Source: Acidobacteriota bacterium
Lineage (GTDB): Bacteria; Acidobacteriota; Vicinamibacteria; Marinacidobacterales; Marinacidobacteraceae
DNA length: 64,000 nucleotides
Direction: 5' to 3'
Assembly: GCA_022826195.1 (NCBI GenBank)
Contig: JAJDVI010000094.1
Coordinates: 70,714-134,713 of the forward strand
Of the stretch, positions 60,904 through 64,000 are shown one piece after another; position 1 is the stretch's first letter; every line of letters begins with the position of its first letter. A program made the translations under genes and the position numbers. Under the pieces are notes generated by a model. That model made no database searches. It was not told the origin of the DNA and worked only from the letters and a program-made list of their open reading frames with translations.

Positions 60904-63528
60904 CTACCGCGCCCCGAGATCCTCGACGGCGGCGCCGTTGAGCGCGTTCAGGAAGAGCTTGTAGGTGCCGCGCGGCTGGCCCCGGAACTGGGGGCGGAAG
61001 CCGAAGAGCACCACCTCGCCGGCGCCCATCGGGACCCGCGCCATGGCGATCTTGCCCCCGATGGCGTCCTCCTCGCCGAGCGCCCAGCCGCTCATGAGGA
61101 TGTCCTCCTCCGCGTAGCGGGCGATGACCTCCACGTTGGCGGGAGGCGGCTCCATGGTCGTCTCGCGGCCGCCCTCCCGGGTCCGCGGCAGGCTCACGGT
61201 CTCGAACGCGCGGCTGCGGACGAACTGGGTCGCCACCTCGTCGCGCATTCCGAAGGCGAGCGGATGCGCCGTGTCGACGCTGGCCCGGATCAGCGAGCCC
61301 GGAATGAAGAAGGTCCGGTCGGCCAATCCCGCGGTGACGTTCCGCAGGGGAAGGCCGAACTGGGCGATGGCGAAGTCGCTCGCCCCGTCCAGCGTCACCA
61401 GCATGCCGCCCTCTTCGACGAAACGGCTCAGCGCCAGGGACCCTTCCAGGCCGATGCCGCCGGTGAACTCGTCGGGCATCGTGCCGGGGGCGTGTCCCTG
61501 GAGGATCTCCCGGGTGGACTGGTGCGGCAGGACGATCACGTCGAGCCGGGACAGGTCGCCGGTCCGCACGTCGTCGTCGGAGAGGCTGGTGAGGTCGTAC
61601 TCGTAGTTCTCGAGCAGCCAGCGGGTCCATCCCTCGTCCATGCTCGCGACGTACGACTTGTAGAGCCCGACCCGGACCGGCTCCAGGGGGAGCAGTTCCG
61701 CGTCCGGCGCCCGGGAAAGCCCGGCGACGTCGAGCCCCAGCTCCGAGGCGATCCCCTCCATCGCCGCATCGGCCGGGTCCGATCTGCGGACGACGAGGGT
61801 CCCCGCGGGGTACTCCGTCCCGCCGTCACTGAAGCTCTCCGCCGCCCAGGCCACCTCGGCCCCGGCGGCGAGCAGCCGGTTCTGGGCGATCACCGCGGCG
61901 TTCGGGCGGTGCGAGATCGCGTAGCCGAAGGAACCCCCGCTGGAGACCTCGCCCGCCGGGGCCCGGACCGGCCCATCGACCGGCTGGGAGGCGACGCCGG
62001 GAACCTCCGCGACCCGGTCCACCCGTACTCCCATCTGCATGGGCAACGTCCAGCCCGCGAGGTCGTACGGCGGGTCCGGCGGCCCGTCGGGGGTGCGACG
62101 GCGGTCGGGATAGTCCTGGGCCTCCAGCAGGTCCTCGGCATAGGCGCGGAACGCCTGCGTCCCCGGAATGATGTAGGAGCCCTCCCCGTAGGTCTCTCCG
62201 TCGACTTCGAACGCCTCGCCGGCCCGCTCGATCGCGATCCCGCCTTCGTGGAGCACGTTCACGAGCGCGGCCGCCTCGCCCGGGTCCCACTGGTCGGCGG
62301 GGACGATCCAGCTCGCATCGCTTCCCTCGATCGCGTCGCGGCCCATGCTCCAGATGTCGAAGAGCCACTTCTCCCGGAGGTCGGCGGCCACGTCGAGGAC
62401 CGCCATGGACGCGGTGAGCGTGTAGCGGATCGGATCGGAGAAGGGCGACTCCCCGCCCGGCCAGGGATAGGGATAGAAGACGTCGGTTCCGTTGGTCGGG
62501 GCCGCCTGGCCGCGGCGTGGGTTGCCGACGAACTCGGGACGGTCTGCGGGGTCGTACATCCGCGGACTCGCCGAAGCGTGCGAGGTCTCGGTCAGCAGCC
62601 CGATCATGTTGTGGAAGTAGGGCGCCGTCCGCATGCCCCCGTTCCACCACATCGAATAGATCATGTCGGACACCGCGCCCGGCATCTTCTTCATGGCGAA
62701 GCGGTTCGCCATCGCCGAACCGATCAGGTTCACCGAAGTGGTGACCCCGGGATGGATCCGGGGATTCACCGGGTCGGCGAAGGGTGGCAGGAAGATCCGC
62801 GCCCAGGCCGGGCCGGTCTGGTGGTGGTTGTAGACGATCTGGGGGAACCACTCGTGGTAGAGCACCCGGCTCACCGCCGCCGTCTCGGGCATGTTGTTCA
62901 TGAACCAGTCGCGGTTGTTGTCGTGCCCGACGTAGTGGTGGTAGAGCTCGGGCGGGCGCGTCGTCTCGAAGGGGGTCTTGAGGTTCCGGCGGTACCAGGA
63001 CGCCACGATGTCGAGGCCGTCGGGATTCATGCAGGGCATGAGGATCAGGATCACCTCGTCCCGGATCTTCCGCATCTCCTCGGAGTCCTCGGTCGCCACC
63101 CGGTGGGCGAGGAGCGGCGCCATCTGCGAGGGCGCCACCTCGGTGGCGTGGAGCCCGGCGTCGATCCAGACCACCGCCTTCCCCTCGCGGGAGATCCGGA
63201 CCGCCTCCTCCTCCGAAATCTCCGCGTGGGCGAGCGCCCGCGCGTTCTCGCGGTGCCGGTCCAGCGCCGCGAGGTTCTCCGGCGAAGAGATGAAGAGGAC
63301 GAGGAGCGGCTTGCCGAGGACGGTCTCGCCGATCTCGCGGAGTTCCACCCGGTCGCTCGCCGCCGCGAGCTGCTCGTAGTACGGGGTCAGCTCGCCCCAG
63401 AGCGCGAGCTGGTAGTCGTCGCCCGGCTCGAAGCCCAGGACGTCCGACGGCGCCGGAACCTGCGCCTCCGCCACGCTGCCGAACGTCAGGCCGGCGGCCA
63501 GCAGGAAAGAAACGGTGACTCGAAGCAT
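60904..63528 (-). CDS. M14-family zinc carboxypeptidase-like secreted protein (large, multi-domain)
   Basis: Signal peptide MLRVTVSFLLAAGLTFGSVAEAQ. The M14 Zn-binding context is ...GLHATEVA...HHYVGHDNNRDW... Confidence 0.65.
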   Translation of the reverse strand: MLRVTVSFLLAAGLTFGSVAEAQVPAPSDVLGFEPGDDYQLALWGELTPYYEQLAAASDRVELREIGETVLGKPLLVLFISSPENLAALDRHRENARALAHAEISEEEAVRISREGKAVVWIDAGLHATEVAPSQMAPLLAHRVATEDSEEMRKIRDEVILILMPCMNPDGLDIVASWYRRNLKTPFETTRPPELYHHYVGHDNNRDWFMNNMPETAAVSRVLYHEWFPQIVYNHHQTGPAWARIFLPPFADPVNPRIHPGVTTSVNLIGSAMANRFAMKKMPGAVSDMIYSMWWNGGMRTAPYFHNMIGLLTETSHASASPRMYDPADRPEFVGNPRRGQAAPTNGTDVFYPYPWPGGESPFSDPIRYTLTASMAVLDVAADLREKWLFDIWSMGRDAIEGSDASWIVPADQWDPGEAAALVNVLHEGGIAIERAGEAFEVDGETYGEGSYIIPGTQAFRAYAEDLLEAQDYPDRRRTPDGPPDPPYDLAGWTLPMQMGVRVDRVAEVPGVASQPVDGPVRAPAGEVSSGGSFGYAISHRPNAAVIAQNRLLAAGAEVAWAAESFSDGGTEYPAGTLVVRRSDPADAAMEGIASELGLDVAGLSRAPDAELLPLEPVRVGLYKSYVASMDEGWTRWLLENYEYDLTSLSDDDVRTGDLSRLDVIVLPHQSTREILQGHAPGTMPDEFTGGIGLEGSLALSRFVEEGGMLVTLDGASDFAIAQFGLPLRNVTAGLADRTFFIPGSLIRASVDTAHPLAFGMRDEVATQFVRSRAFETVSLPRTREGGRETTMEPPPANVEVIARYAEEDILMSGWALGEEDAIGGKIAMARVPMGAGEVVLFGFRPQFRGQPRGTYKLFLNALNGAAVEDLGAR

Positions 63529-63578
63529 GGAGCGTCCCCCGGGAGAAGCGGGAAATGTTACGGGGGACGCTCCCGGAG

Positions 63579-64000
63579 TCAGACGGACTCCTTCAACGTC
63601 ACCGCGTCGAGGAAGGGCATCATCTTCCGGAGCTCGGCCCCGACGACTTCGATCTGGTGGTTCTGTTCGGCGCGGCGCCGTGCCATGAAGTTGGGCCGGC
63701 CGGCCCGGTCCTCGTCGATCCAGCCCTGCGCGTAGGCTCCGCTCCGGACGTCCGCGAGGATCTTCTGCATCGCGGCCCGGGTCTCCTCGGTGACGATTTG
63801 CCGGCCGCCGTGGTAGTCGCCGTGCTCGGCGGTGTCGCTCACCGAGTAGCGCATGTAGTTGAGGCCGCCGCGGTACATCAGGTCCACGATCAGCTTCAGT
63901 TCGTGGAGGCATTCGAAGTAGGCGATCTCCGGCTGGTAGCCCGCTTCCACGAGCGTCTCGAAGCCTGCCTTGATCAGCTCGCTCACGCCCCCGCAGAGGA
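63579..64000 (-). CDS. ilvC: Ketol-acid reductoisomerase, C-terminal part; the gene continues beyond the window end
   Basis: [57 protein letters not shown] is the IlvC C-terminal domain. Confidence 0.85.
   Translation of the reverse strand, partial: LCGGVSELIKAGFETLVEAGYQPEIAYFECLHELKLIVDLMYRGGLNYMRYSVSDTAEHGDYHGGRQIVTEETRAAMQKILADVRSGAYAQGWIDEDRAGRPNFMARRRAEQNHQIEVVGAELRKMMPFLDAVTLKESV

Overview
This is a roughly 70% GC bacterial chromosomal segment. It is gene-dense, with many 4-nt start/stop overlaps, and encodes mostly housekeeping and envelope functions. Housekeeping genes include ligA, fabI, lysA, murA/murB, modABC, rpmB and a partial ilvC. Envelope and extracytoplasmic genes include secreted S9, M24 and M14 peptidases, a TonB-dependent receptor-like outer-membrane protein, three CRTAC1/ASPIC paralogs each paired with a TPR protein, and several Tat-signal metabolic enzymes. 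GWxTD, CRTAC1 and CarboxypepD_reg TonB-dependent-receptor features suggest a Gemmatimonadota/Acidobacteriota-like organism; that is an inference only. The most striking locus is at 53.7-56.9 kb. A small GT-B glycosyltransferase and an EgtB/SenA-type sulfoxide/selenoxide synthase homolog are divergently arranged there. Immediately next to them are two tandem single-domain rhodanese genes whose catalytic-cysteine codon is an in-frame TGA in both paralogs, each followed 15 nt later by an identical hairpin. This points to selenocysteine-containing rhodaneses beside a selenoneine/ergothioneine-like biosynthetic pair. Other notable features: a family of ~52-bp REP-like palindromic repeats with at least six copies, one inverted pair enclosing three 33-bp iteron-like direct repeats; a LigD-like protein with phosphoesterase and polymerase domains but a catalytically degenerate ligase remnant; a lipoprotein with three tandem RidA domains; a TonB-C/DUF1326 fusion; and a Phd/VapC toxin-antitoxin pair with a near-consensus leaderless promoter. 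No rRNA, tRNA or CRISPR was detected. Coordinates derived by hand from the text may be off by 1-3 nt; ORF-table coordinates were used where possible.
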